The notes under the pieces are model-generated. The model searched no databases. It saw only the letters and a program-made list of their open reading frames with translations, and had not been told where the DNA came from. A stretch of DNA of 38,644 nt from Firmicutes bacterium UBA3567. Lineage in GTDB: Bacteria > Bacillota > Thermosediminibacteria > Koleobacterales > UBA3567. This document shows, in pieces, positions 1-8,583 of the stretch. The DNA lies in NCBI GenBank assembly GCA_002376045.1, contig DFNM01000154.1:1-38644 (forward strand), written 5' to 3'. Positions within the stretch are counted from its first letter, which is position 1. The number at the start of each line of letters is the position of its first letter. The position numbers and the translations under genes are program-made.

Positions 1-40
1 GTCTATTTCGGTTGATGGCGGTGGTGTGAGAGGACGGTAA
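1..40 (+). CDS. 3' end of an upstream gene, possibly a short-chain dehydrogenase/reductase (partial)
   Basis: Frame 2 reads SISVDGGGVRGR*; VDGG is the typical SDR C-terminal motif. Only 12 codons are visible. Confidence 0.4.
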   Translation, partial: SISVDGGGVRGR

Positions 41-201
41 ATGAATTAATCATTTACCTCCTACTCGATTAATTACTAACATTTTTAGCAAGTCAGCAAC
101 TTTGGAAGCTCTAGAACAGCTGTTATCTTGGAAATTTTCTTAATATTATGGTATTATAAAAAGCATTAGGTGGACATTTCGCTTCAGGGGGGGGTGCATG
201 G

Positions 202-1776
202 ATGGGTATTACTGTGCGGGAAGCCTTAAACATCGGTGGGCTTAAGGGTGCCAGAGTTATTGCAGGCAGGGAAGGAATTGAACGGAAAATCGAATACGTT
301 ACTGTAATGGAAGTGCCTGATATTATCCAGTGGCTTAAAGGTAAGGAACTGATTTTAACCAGCGGGTTCGCCTTTACCAAGGAAGAAATCGATCAGGCCA
401 AATTGATCTCCCAGCTCGCAGCAAAGGGGAGTGCTGCCATAGCTATAAAATCTCAACGCTTCTTTGATACAATACCGCAGGTGATGATTGAAGCAGCGAA
501 CCAAAACAAGCTGCCTTTGATTGAGTTTGATCGAGACGTGCCTTACCTGGATATAATTAATCCCATAATGATCGAAATCATCAACAAAGACAGTGCCAAG
601 TTTGAAGACATCCATCGAAAACTTACGGAAATCGCTGCTAACAGTAGGGAACTGAACCAGACGGTTAAAAGGGTGGCTGCCTTGATAAAAAACCCTGTGG
701 CTGTAGTGAGCAAAGATGGCAGAGTTCTGGCTGCAGACCAAGCTAAAAGGTTCCAATCTTCTTCTATTAACAAATGCATAGGGAAAGAGGATACCTTGGT
801 GAAGGAACCCAGAAAAATCAAAGCAGACAAGGAATACTACGTATTCCCGTTGATGGCTGAGGGAACGGTTGAAGGTTACCTGATTATTGCTCAGGTAAAA
901 AACAGCATAGATGAAGTTGTGCTAATGGAAGTAAAAAATCACCTTACGGTTATTATCCTGGAATTGATTAGACGTAAGACACTGTACGATTTGAAGAGAA
1001 GTTTGAGGAACTGTTTTATCGAGGATTTGTTGCTGGGGCACATAAAATCAGAAGCAGTGGCAAAACAGAGGGCCGGTATGTTTGAAATACCTGTTGATTA
1101 CTATAAAGCTGTTGTGGTAGTGGATACGAACATGGATGAGGAGAACCTGATTAAAGTAACTGAAAGGCTGGAGAAATCCTTGATTAGAAAGGGTTATACA
1201 GGTATATTCACCTTGTTTGAAAACAGGATTGTGATTTTGCTAATCTTGCAGGATTTTGACTACAAAAAGCTCCGGGATTTTCTGGGGGAATTAAAAAAGG
1301 CTGCGGATTTTTTGTACGGCAATCCTGTTTCTATCGGTGTGGGAGAAATTTTTCCGCGTTTTTTGGATACCCAGCTCAGCTATCATCAGGCTGTAGAAGC
1401 ACTGGAATTTGGTTGCAAAGTCTGGGGTAAAGATGCCTGCACAATGTTTTCTGATATTGGTGTGTATAGGTTACTCTATTCCTTTCCGGAACATCACAAC
1501 ATGGAAAACTATCTACCAAAGGGATTAAAGATTTTAAAGGAGTATGACCAGGGGAACGCTACGGAACTGGCAAAAACCCTGGAGGTATTCCTGAAAAACG
1601 CAGGAAATTCCAGGAAAACGGCAGATGAACTCTTTATTCATTACAAGACTCTGAAGTACAGGTTAAAACGAATTGAAGAAATAACCGGTCTGGATTTAAG
1701 CTCGGGAGAAGTCAGGCTGGAACTTCATCTGGGGTTAAAAATAATGGAGGTTTTGAACCGAAGGAGAAAGGAATAG
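202..1776 (+). CDS. PucR-family transcriptional regulator
   Basis: N-terminal purine-catabolism-regulator-like domain (VIAGREG...VTVMEVPD...ELILTSG) and C-terminal PucR HTH (TLEVFL...TADELFIHYKTLKYRLKRIEEITG). Confidence 0.93.
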   Translation: MGITVREALNIGGLKGARVIAGREGIERKIEYVTVMEVPDIIQWLKGKELILTSGFAFTKEEIDQAKLISQLAAKGSAAIAIKSQRFFDTIPQVMIEAANQNKLPLIEFDRDVPYLDIINPIMIEIINKDSAKFEDIHRKLTEIAANSRELNQTVKRVAALIKNPVAVVSKDGRVLAADQAKRFQSSSINKCIGKEDTLVKEPRKIKADKEYYVFPLMAEGTVEGYLIIAQVKNSIDEVVLMEVKNHLTVIILELIRRKTLYDLKRSLRNCFIEDLLLGHIKSEAVAKQRAGMFEIPVDYYKAVVVVDTNMDEENLIKVTERLEKSLIRKGYTGIFTLFENRIVILLILQDFDYKKLRDFLGELKKAADFLYGNPVSIGVGEIFPRFLDTQLSYHQAVEALEFGCKVWGKDACTMFSDIGVYRLLYSFPEHHNMENYLPKGLKILKEYDQGNATELAKTLEVFLKNAGNSRKTADELFIHYKTLKYRLKRIEEITGLDLSSGEVRLELHLGLKIMEVLNRRRKE

Positions 1777-1779
1777 CAT

Positions 1780-1798
1780 TTTATCATGTTTGGATAAA
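1780..1798. promoter_or_regulatory. Palindromic operator candidate TTTATC-N7-GATAAA, copy 1
   Basis: tttatcATGTTTGgataaa just after the pucR stop; near-identical copy at 3154-3172. Confidence 0.6.
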
Positions 1799-1894
1799 TG
1801 GCTCACCTTCTAATTCTTCTTTTATTGCAAAGGTCAGGTGTTTTTAGTTGTAGAATTTATGCTGCAGCATATATCAGAAGCTTTGAAAAGGGAG

Positions 1895-3145
1895 GTGGGC
1901 ATAATACCGGTTTCCAAACACAGATTGATGAAACACCTGGATGAGCTGGCTCGAATTGGTAGCAATGGAGAAGAGGGAATTACCCGTCTAGCTTTCACCC
2001 GGGAAGATCTACAGGCGCGAGAACGGGTTATTAACTGGGCAGAAGAGATGGGTCTGGATGTCAGAATAGACGATATAAGCAACGTTTTTGCCAGACGCAA
2101 AGGAAGCCGTGCTTACCCGGTAGTAATGGTGGGATCACACATTGATTCGGTAACAAATGGAGGGTCTTTTGATGGAAGTGTGGGGGTTGTTGCAGCAATG
2201 GAAGTCATAAGAGCTCTTGAAGAAGACGGGATCAATACTGATTTGCCTGTGGAATTGGTGGTGTTTGCCTGTGAAGAATCAAGCCGATTTGGGTGTTCCC
2301 TGGTTGGGAGCAAATATCTGACGGGTTGTCTTAAAAAAGAGGAGCTCGCACGCTATGTGGATAATAATGGAGTAAGCATTTTGGATGCCCTTGCTGGATG
2401 TAAATTCAATAAAAAATACTGTTTATCAAACGGGGTGTTTGAAAAAGAAAAGATCAAGGCCTTTATTGAGCTTCACATTGAACAATTCGATACATTAAAG
2501 GAAAAGGGTTTGCCCATTGGAATTGTGGACACGATAGCAGCTCCAACCCGGTTCAGGATTACAGTGAAAGGGGTATCCTCTCATTCAGGGGCAACACCCA
2601 TGTTTGCCAGGCGTGATGCTCTAACGGCTGCTTCCGAATTGGTGCTTGCCATTGAGGGGTTGGGTCGAGCTGAAGCCGAGAAGCATACCGTTGCCACCGT
2701 CGGGAAAATTGAGGTAAAACCGGGAAACGTGAATGTTGTTCCAGGAAACACAACAATGCTTGTAGATATCCGGGGTGTGGATTACAACAGCAAACACAGG
2801 GTTTTGAAAGGGATGGAAGATTTTATAGCATTCCTCACTAAGGAGAGGAAGGGTATCAGCATAGAACTTGAAACATTATCGGATGAACAACCTGTGAACA
2901 TGGCCCCTGAAATCATCCGACTGGCTCAGGAAACCTGTTCGAAGATGAAGGTTGAGTTTCAGGTAATGTACAGCTTTGCTGGCCATGATGCCATGGCTAT
3001 GGCAAAAGCCGTTCCCACAGGCCTTATTTTGATTCGCAATGTCAGCGGCATCAGCCACAGCCCCAAAGAATGGGTTGATTCAGAAGACATTTATACCGGC
3101 ACACGGGTGTTGTACGAAATGGTAAAACAACTTGCTTTGCTTTAA
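1895..3145 (+). CDS. M20 Zn-dependent N-carbamoyl-amino-acid amidohydrolase (allantoate amidohydrolase / beta-ureidopropionase family); candidate ureidosuccinase
   Basis: Intact motifs GSHIDSV, DGSVGV, CEES, ELHIEQ, SHSGATPM, AGHDA, SHSPKE. Start is uncertain (GTG 1838, GTG 1895, ATA 1901/1904, ATG 1928); strong GGAGGT at 1891-1896. Confidence 0.88.
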   Translation: MGIIPVSKHRLMKHLDELARIGSNGEEGITRLAFTREDLQARERVINWAEEMGLDVRIDDISNVFARRKGSRAYPVVMVGSHIDSVTNGGSFDGSVGVVAAMEVIRALEEDGINTDLPVELVVFACEESSRFGCSLVGSKYLTGCLKKEELARYVDNNGVSILDALAGCKFNKKYCLSNGVFEKEKIKAFIELHIEQFDTLKEKGLPIGIVDTIAAPTRFRITVKGVSSHSGATPMFARRDALTAASELVLAIEGLGRAEAEKHTVATVGKIEVKPGNVNVVPGNTTMLVDIRGVDYNSKHRVLKGMEDFIAFLTKERKGISIELETLSDEQPVNMAPEIIRLAQETCSKMKVEFQVMYSFAGHDAMAMAKAVPTGLILIRNVSGISHSPKEWVDSEDIYTGTRVLYEMVKQLALL

Positions 3146-3153
3146 AGGGGCAA

Positions 3154-3172
3154 TTTATCTTTTTTGGATAAA
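3154..3172. promoter_or_regulatory. Palindromic operator candidate TTTATC-N7-GATAAA, copy 2
   Basis: tttatcTTTTTTGgataaa in the gap before pyrC; 17 of 19 positions match copy 1. Confidence 0.6.
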
Positions 3173-3256
3173 CAAGAACCCTTTCTTTTTAGAGAATATG
3201 TGAAAAGGATAACTAATTAATGTGTCTAATTATTATACTTATATCTAGAGGGGAGT

Positions 3257-4585
3257 GTGGTTAAAATTAAAACCTTGATCAAAGATGGGATGGTGGTGGA
3301 TCCTGCAAACAATTTACGAAAAACAACAAATATATTAATAAATGGAAATACCGTTGAAAAAATCCATCCAAAAATAAATCCCCGGGAAGCCGATGTTGTT
3401 ATAAATGCAGAGGATAAACTGGTTGTTCCCGGTCTCATAGATCTGCATGTACATCTTCGGGACCCGGGTCAGACCCACAAAGAAGATTTGGCTACCGGCA
3501 CAATGGCGGCAGCCCATGGTGGATTCACCAGTGTTGCCTGTATGCCCAACACCACACCTGTACTGGATACCCCTGAGAGGGTAAAAACGCTGGTGCAGCG
3601 TTTGAAAAAGGAAGCCCATGTAAATGTTTTTCCTGTTGCTGCAGTTACAAAGGGGTTAGAGGGAGAGGTTGTTACAGATTTTGAGGGTTTAAAAGCAGCA
3701 GGAGCTGTAGCTTTTTCCGATGACGGAAAGGTTGTGCAGCGTGCCTCTATAATGCATGAAGCCCTTAAAAGAGCCGAGGCGCTCTCACTTCCCATCTGTC
3801 AGCACGCAGAAGATGCATCCCTTTCCTGCGGGACGGTAATAAATGAAGGGGAAGTTGCCGAAAAGCTGGGTGTAAAGGGGGATCCCGATATTTCAGAAAG
3901 CGTAATTATAGCCCGGGACATTGTGCTGGCAGCCCGCACTGGTGGTCATGTCCATGTGGGCCACATCAGCACCGAACGGGGAGTCACTTTAGTGCGCAGG
4001 GCTAAACAGATGGGCATAAAAGTGACTGCAGAAGTAACCCCTCATCACCTGCTGTTAACGGATGAGTATGTGCTGAAAGCTGGCCCCAATGCAAAGATGA
4101 GACCTCCTTTAAGAACTCAGCGGGATGTAGAAGCCCTTAGACAGGCCCTGGCAGATGGTATTATAGACTGTATTGCGACGGATCATGCCCCTCATGCAGC
4201 AGAGGAGAAGAATGTTGATTTGGCCGATGCTGCCAATGGAATTGTAGGTTTAGAAACAGCCCTGGGGCTTGTATTGACTCATTTAGTAGGAGAGAAGGTA
4301 TTGAGTCTGGAAGATGCGATTGCTGCTATGACGTATAAACCGGCTTCCATTTTAGGGTTGGACAAGGGTATGCTGGCAGTAGGAAAGGATGCTGATATAA
4401 CGGTAATAGATTTGAACAAAAAATGGACTGTAGACCCCGAAGCCTTCTTCTCTAAAAGCAGAAATACGCCTTTTAGCGGCTGGCAGCTGACAGGTAAGCC
4501 CGTGCTGACCATGGTTGGCGGAAAAGTGGTATGGTCTGATGAATCCATAAACATAGAGGTGGTAAATAGTGATAAAGTCAGTTAA
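3257..4585 (+). CDS. pyrC: Dihydroorotase (class I)
   Basis: DLHVHLRDPG, MPNT, SDDG, QHAED, EVTPHHL, KMRPPLR, ATDHAPH motifs. Confidence 0.92.
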   Translation: MVKIKTLIKDGMVVDPANNLRKTTNILINGNTVEKIHPKINPREADVVINAEDKLVVPGLIDLHVHLRDPGQTHKEDLATGTMAAAHGGFTSVACMPNTTPVLDTPERVKTLVQRLKKEAHVNVFPVAAVTKGLEGEVVTDFEGLKAAGAVAFSDDGKVVQRASIMHEALKRAEALSLPICQHAEDASLSCGTVINEGEVAEKLGVKGDPDISESVIIARDIVLAARTGGHVHVGHISTERGVTLVRRAKQMGIKVTAEVTPHHLLLTDEYVLKAGPNAKMRPPLRTQRDVEALRQALADGIIDCIATDHAPHAAEEKNVDLADAANGIVGLETALGLVLTHLVGEKVLSLEDAIAAMTYKPASILGLDKGMLAVGKDADITVIDLNKKWTVDPEAFFSKSRNTPFSGWQLTGKPVLTMVGGKVVWSDESINIEVVNSDKVS

Positions 4586-5363
4586 GGCAGAGATTGTAGA
4601 AAACAAACCCATAGCCCCTGAGTTTTTCAGAATGACTTTAAAGGCTGAAACCCTGGCTTCAGAGGGTTTGCCGGGGCAGTTTGTTATGGTTAAAGTTTCT
4701 CCAAACTTAGAACCCTTTTTACGCCGACCAATAAGCCTGCATCAGATAAACAGAGAGGAAGCTACCGTTTCCCTGCTATATCAGGTGGTTGGTAAAGGCA
4801 CCAGGTTGATGTCGGAAACCCAAAAAGGGAAGGTAATTGAACTCCTTGGGCCTTTGGGTAAGGGGTTTACATGGTCAGATTCAGACAGGGTAGTTGCCCT
4901 TGTGGGTGGAGGTTGTGGTACTGCTCCTCTGGTTGCCCTTGCCCACAGCTTGTTGGAAGACAAAAAAGAAGTTCACGTGTTGTTGGGCGCCCAAACAAAG
5001 GAGAAGTTGGTGTGTGAAGAGGATTTTATCAGCATGGGAGCAAAGGTGAAGGTGGCTACAGATGATGGGTCTTACGGGCATCACGGCTTTGTAACGGATT
5101 TGCTGAAAAACCTGATACATGATGTGGCTCTCGATATGGTATACAGTTGTGGGCCTTTACCCATGACAAAAGAGGTGGTCAAACTTACTCAGGAGGCATC
5201 CATACCCTGCCAGATATCTCTGGAAGAACGTATGGGATGCGGAATCGGAGCATGCATAGGATGTGTGTGCAAGGTTAGGACCAAGGACGGGGCATTTACC
5301 TATAAGAAGGTATGCAAGGATGGCCCTGTTTTCAAAGGGGAAGAGGTGATGTTTGATGACTAA
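4569..5363 (+). CDS. pyrK: Dihydroorotate dehydrogenase B electron transfer subunit (canonical copy)
   Basis: PGQFV, LRRPIS, GPLGKGF, GGGCG, TDDGS, CGP and [13 protein letters not shown]...VCKDGPVF [2Fe-2S] motif. Confidence 0.93.
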   Translation: MIKSVKAEIVENKPIAPEFFRMTLKAETLASEGLPGQFVMVKVSPNLEPFLRRPISLHQINREEATVSLLYQVVGKGTRLMSETQKGKVIELLGPLGKGFTWSDSDRVVALVGGGCGTAPLVALAHSLLEDKKEVHVLLGAQTKEKLVCEEDFISMGAKVKVATDDGSYGHHGFVTDLLKNLIHDVALDMVYSCGPLPMTKEVVKLTQEASIPCQISLEERMGCGIGACIGCVCKVRTKDGAFTYKKVCKDGPVFKGEEVMFDD

Positions 5364-6267
5364 TTTAGCGGTAGAAGTGGCCGGAATCAAACTTAAAAAT
5401 CCCGTTTTGACAGCTTCAGGAACTTTTGGATTTGGCCGGGAATTTGCCGAGCTGTATGATTTAAACCTGCTGGGTGGTGTCATGGTTAAGGGAACCACCC
5501 TTAATCCCAGGTTAGGCAATCCTCCTCCCCGTATTGCGGAAACTCCTGCAGGGATGTTGAACAGTGTGGGCCTCCAGAACCCGGGAGTTGATTATGTTAT
5601 ACGAGAAGAAATTCCATGGCTGAGGCAATTCGATGTGGCTGTGATCGTGAATGTTTCGGGCCACTCCTTTGATGAGTATGCAGAAATAGCCGCACGCCTT
5701 GATGGTGTTCCTGGGGTGGATGGCCTTGAGATTAACATCTCCTGCCCCAATGTAAAAGGGGGTGGGATGGCTTTTGGAACAGACCCTAAAATGGCAGCAG
5801 AAGTAATTAAAAGAGTCAGGTCAAGAACTCAATTACCTGTTATAGCCAAGCTGTCTCCCAATGTGACGGATATAACGGAAATTGCCAGGGCAGTGGAAGC
5901 CGAGGGAGCCGATGCTGTTTCCCTGATAAACACAGTGCTGGGAATGGCCATCGATATCAAAACCCGCCGCCCTGTGCTGGCCAACATAGTTGGTGGACTG
6001 TCCGGACCTGCTATCAAACCCATAGCCCTTAGAATGGTTTGGCAGGTAGCACAGACAGTAAACATTCCCATTATCGGTATGGGAGGGATAACTACTGCAG
6101 AGGATGCTGTAGAGTTCTTGCTGGCGGGAGCTACAGCCGTTGCTATTGGTGCAGGGAACTTCTGTAACCCCATGACGGCACCGGAAGTAATTAAGGGTTT
6201 AAAAAATTGGTTGTCTCAAGAGAAAATTGATGATGTTCGGGAATTGATTGGAGGCTTGAAAACTTAG
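5356..6267 (+). CDS. pyrD: Dihydroorotate dehydrogenase family 1B catalytic subunit (canonical copy)
   Basis: [49 protein letters not shown]; overlaps the pyrK stop. Confidence 0.95.
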   Translation: MTNLAVEVAGIKLKNPVLTASGTFGFGREFAELYDLNLLGGVMVKGTTLNPRLGNPPPRIAETPAGMLNSVGLQNPGVDYVIREEIPWLRQFDVAVIVNVSGHSFDEYAEIAARLDGVPGVDGLEINISCPNVKGGGMAFGTDPKMAAEVIKRVRSRTQLPVIAKLSPNVTDITEIARAVEAEGADAVSLINTVLGMAIDIKTRRPVLANIVGGLSGPAIKPIALRMVWQVAQTVNIPIIGMGGITTAEDAVEFLLAGATAVAIGAGNFCNPMTAPEVIKGLKNWLSQEKIDDVRELIGGLKT

Positions 6268-6318
6268 AGCATTCTCTAAACCAGCTATCTCATTTTTAAT
6301 TGATAACTGAAGGGAGTT

Positions 6319-7764
6319 TTGTCCTTGTTTTTGGTCAAAAATGGTTGTTTTATCTCATGTGACAAATCGGGAACTGTGCTTCCAAAAGCAAACATGATAA
6401 TCAAAAATGACCGAATTGTAGAGGTCACTACAAGGGAAATAATTTCGGAAGAAGGCTTCAGTAAGGTGATCGATGCAACGGGTAAAATTATCATACCTGG
6501 ACTTGTTAATGCACATATCCATTCCTATGCCAATTTTGTAAAGGGCATTCTGGAAAACCTTCCTCTAGAAATGTGGATGGTTTACATTTTTACACAGGGC
6601 CGTTGTATGGAGCCCGAAGATATTTATTACAATACCCTGTTGGGCTGCATAGAGATGCTTAAAACGGGTACTACTGCCTGTGTAGACCATTTGGCACAAG
6701 GATTTGATGGCTTAGAAGCTGCAATGCAAGCATATTACGATGCTGGAATGCGCGGGACCATTGCCCCCATGATTAGTGATAAGCTGTATTACGAAACATT
6801 GCCACTGGAGAAAGAAAAAGTGCCTGAAGAGATGAAAAAAGGTAATCCACCTGATGCAGAAGAGTTGATAGACAACACGGTAAAATTGTTTAAGAAATGG
6901 GATGGTAAAGATGGCCGCCTGAGAGTTGCTTTTGGCCCATCAGGGCCGCAGCGTTGTAGTGATGAATTGTTAGCAGCCTGTGCACGCCTGGCAGAAGAAT
7001 ATGATACTGGTTTTCATTCACATGTCCTCGAGACTAGTATCCAGGCTGAGACAGCCGATTTCTTGTATGGCAAGCTGATGATTAAGCACCTTGATGAGTT
7101 GGGGTGTTTGAATGAACGCGCTTCTCTCGTGCATGGTGTATGGCTTACCGATACAGAGGCTCAAATAGCAGCTGATAGGGGAGCCATAGTGGTCCATAAT
7201 CCTGCTAGCAACTTGATGCTTGGAAGCGGAATAGCACCGATAAACCGTTACCGAGACCTGGGTTTAGATATTGCCATAGGGACGGATGGAGCTAACTGTG
7301 GAGGAAACCTCAACATGTTTGAAGCTATGAAACTGACGGCAATCCTTCACAAAGTTTCAAAACCGAAAAAACCGGAAAAATGGCTTACTGCCAAAGAAGT
7401 GTTACGAATGGCTACTTACAATGGTGCCAAAGTAGCGTTGATTGAGAAGGAAGTTGGTTCCCTGGAAAAAGGCAAAAAAGCAGATTTTGTCATTCTGAAT
7501 CCCCTTAAATCTCCTGCTATGATTCCGGTACAAAACCCCTTATGGCAAATTGTTTACAGCGAAAATGGCTTAAGTGTAGAGACAGTTGTGATTAATGGTC
7601 AAGTAGTTTTGGACAAAGGTGAGGTTACCATGTTTGATGAGGAAAAAGTTTACAGGGAGGCAGAAAAAAGGGCGACTCGAGTTGTTGAACGAAGTTTGGC
7701 TTATAAGGAAATAGACGATAAACAGGTTGCTTTTATTAAAAAAGCCTTGTTTGAAAACTTCTAG
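6319..7764 (+). CDS. Metal-dependent amidohydrolase, deaminase-type (MtaD/AtzA/AtzB/SsnA-like); substrate unknown
   Basis: PGLVNAHIH, HSHVLE (HxxE), VHGVWL, HNPASN, GTDG, GKKADFV motifs. Confidence 0.88.
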   Translation: MSLFLVKNGCFISCDKSGTVLPKANMIIKNDRIVEVTTREIISEEGFSKVIDATGKIIIPGLVNAHIHSYANFVKGILENLPLEMWMVYIFTQGRCMEPEDIYYNTLLGCIEMLKTGTTACVDHLAQGFDGLEAAMQAYYDAGMRGTIAPMISDKLYYETLPLEKEKVPEEMKKGNPPDAEELIDNTVKLFKKWDGKDGRLRVAFGPSGPQRCSDELLAACARLAEEYDTGFHSHVLETSIQAETADFLYGKLMIKHLDELGCLNERASLVHGVWLTDTEAQIAADRGAIVVHNPASNLMLGSGIAPINRYRDLGLDIAIGTDGANCGGNLNMFEAMKLTAILHKVSKPKKPEKWLTAKEVLRMATYNGAKVALIEKEVGSLEKGKKADFVILNPLKSPAMIPVQNPLWQIVYSENGLSVETVVINGQVVLDKGEVTMFDEEKVYREAEKRATRVVERSLAYKEIDDKQVAFIKKALFENF

Positions 7765-7788
7765 TAAATAAAAGGGGGCGGGATAGGT

Positions 7789-8583
7789 TTGCAGCAGACA
7801 GCAGGAACCATAGTTTGGAACGAACATCAGATGGAGGATGTATGGCTTCTAACAATTGAGGTTCCACGAATTGCACAAAGAATCAAACCGGGGCAATTTG
7901 TCCAGGTAAAAGTGAATAATTTATTAGACCCTTTTTTAAGACGACCCTTTAGTTTATACAGGACATTCAGGGATGAAGGCAAGCTACAACTTCTTTACAA
8001 GGTAGTGGGGAAGGGAACCCGATTGATGACGACTTTAAAAGAAGGAACATCCATAGATTTGATTGGTCCCTTAGGCAGGGGATTTACTTTACCCCATCAT
8101 GCTGAGAAAATAGCTGTTGTAGGCAGAGGTATAGGGACTGCACCACTGGTAGCTCTGGCGGATGAGGCCTCCAATAAAGGTGTGGAAGTGTATTGCTTTT
8201 TGAGTGCTGAAGAAAAACACAAGCTTGTCGGTTTAAAAGAATTTAAGGAAATGGGATGTGAACTTTATCTTCACGCGGATACCGAGGATAACGTGAAGAT
8301 GGTGACTGATTATCTGAAAAAGCTGTTACCCGCTACACAGTTTGATGGAGTTTATGTATGTGGTTCAAAGAGATTGACAAGAGAGGTACACAACCTGTCT
8401 AAGAAATACGGTTTTATGTCCCAGGTTTCTCTGGAGCAAATAATGGCATGCGGTCATGGAGACTGTCATGGCTGTGTGGTGGAACTTTATCAGGATAAAG
8501 AGCGGTCGAAAAAATGCTACAAACGGGTGTGTAAGGAAGGCCCTGTTTTTGAAACATGGGAGGTGGTGGGTGTTTATGCCTAA
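7789..8583 (+). CDS. Second, divergent PyrK-like FAD/[2Fe-2S] electron transfer subunit
   Basis: PGQFV, LRRPFS, GPLGRGF, MACGHGDCHGC...VCKEGPVF; GRGIG and CGS replace the usual GGGxG and CGP. Confidence 0.9.
   Translation: MQQTAGTIVWNEHQMEDVWLLTIEVPRIAQRIKPGQFVQVKVNNLLDPFLRRPFSLYRTFRDEGKLQLLYKVVGKGTRLMTTLKEGTSIDLIGPLGRGFTLPHHAEKIAVVGRGIGTAPLVALADEASNKGVEVYCFLSAEEKHKLVGLKEFKEMGCELYLHADTEDNVKMVTDYLKKLLPATQFDGVYVCGSKRLTREVHNLSKKYGFMSQVSLEQIMACGHGDCHGCVVELYQDKERSKKCYKRVCKEGPVFETWEVVGVYA

Noticed and set aside
3257-6267. Ordinary de novo pyrimidine biosynthesis operon
   Set aside because: No pyrR, pyrB, carAB, pyrE, pyrF or visible attenuator in the window, and the context is catabolic. A secondary biosynthetic contribution cannot be excluded.
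6285-6308. Third copy of the TTTATC-N7-GATAAA operator before the amidohydrolase
   Set aside because: Only TATC...GATA half-sites with a 12-nt spacer; does not fit the motif.
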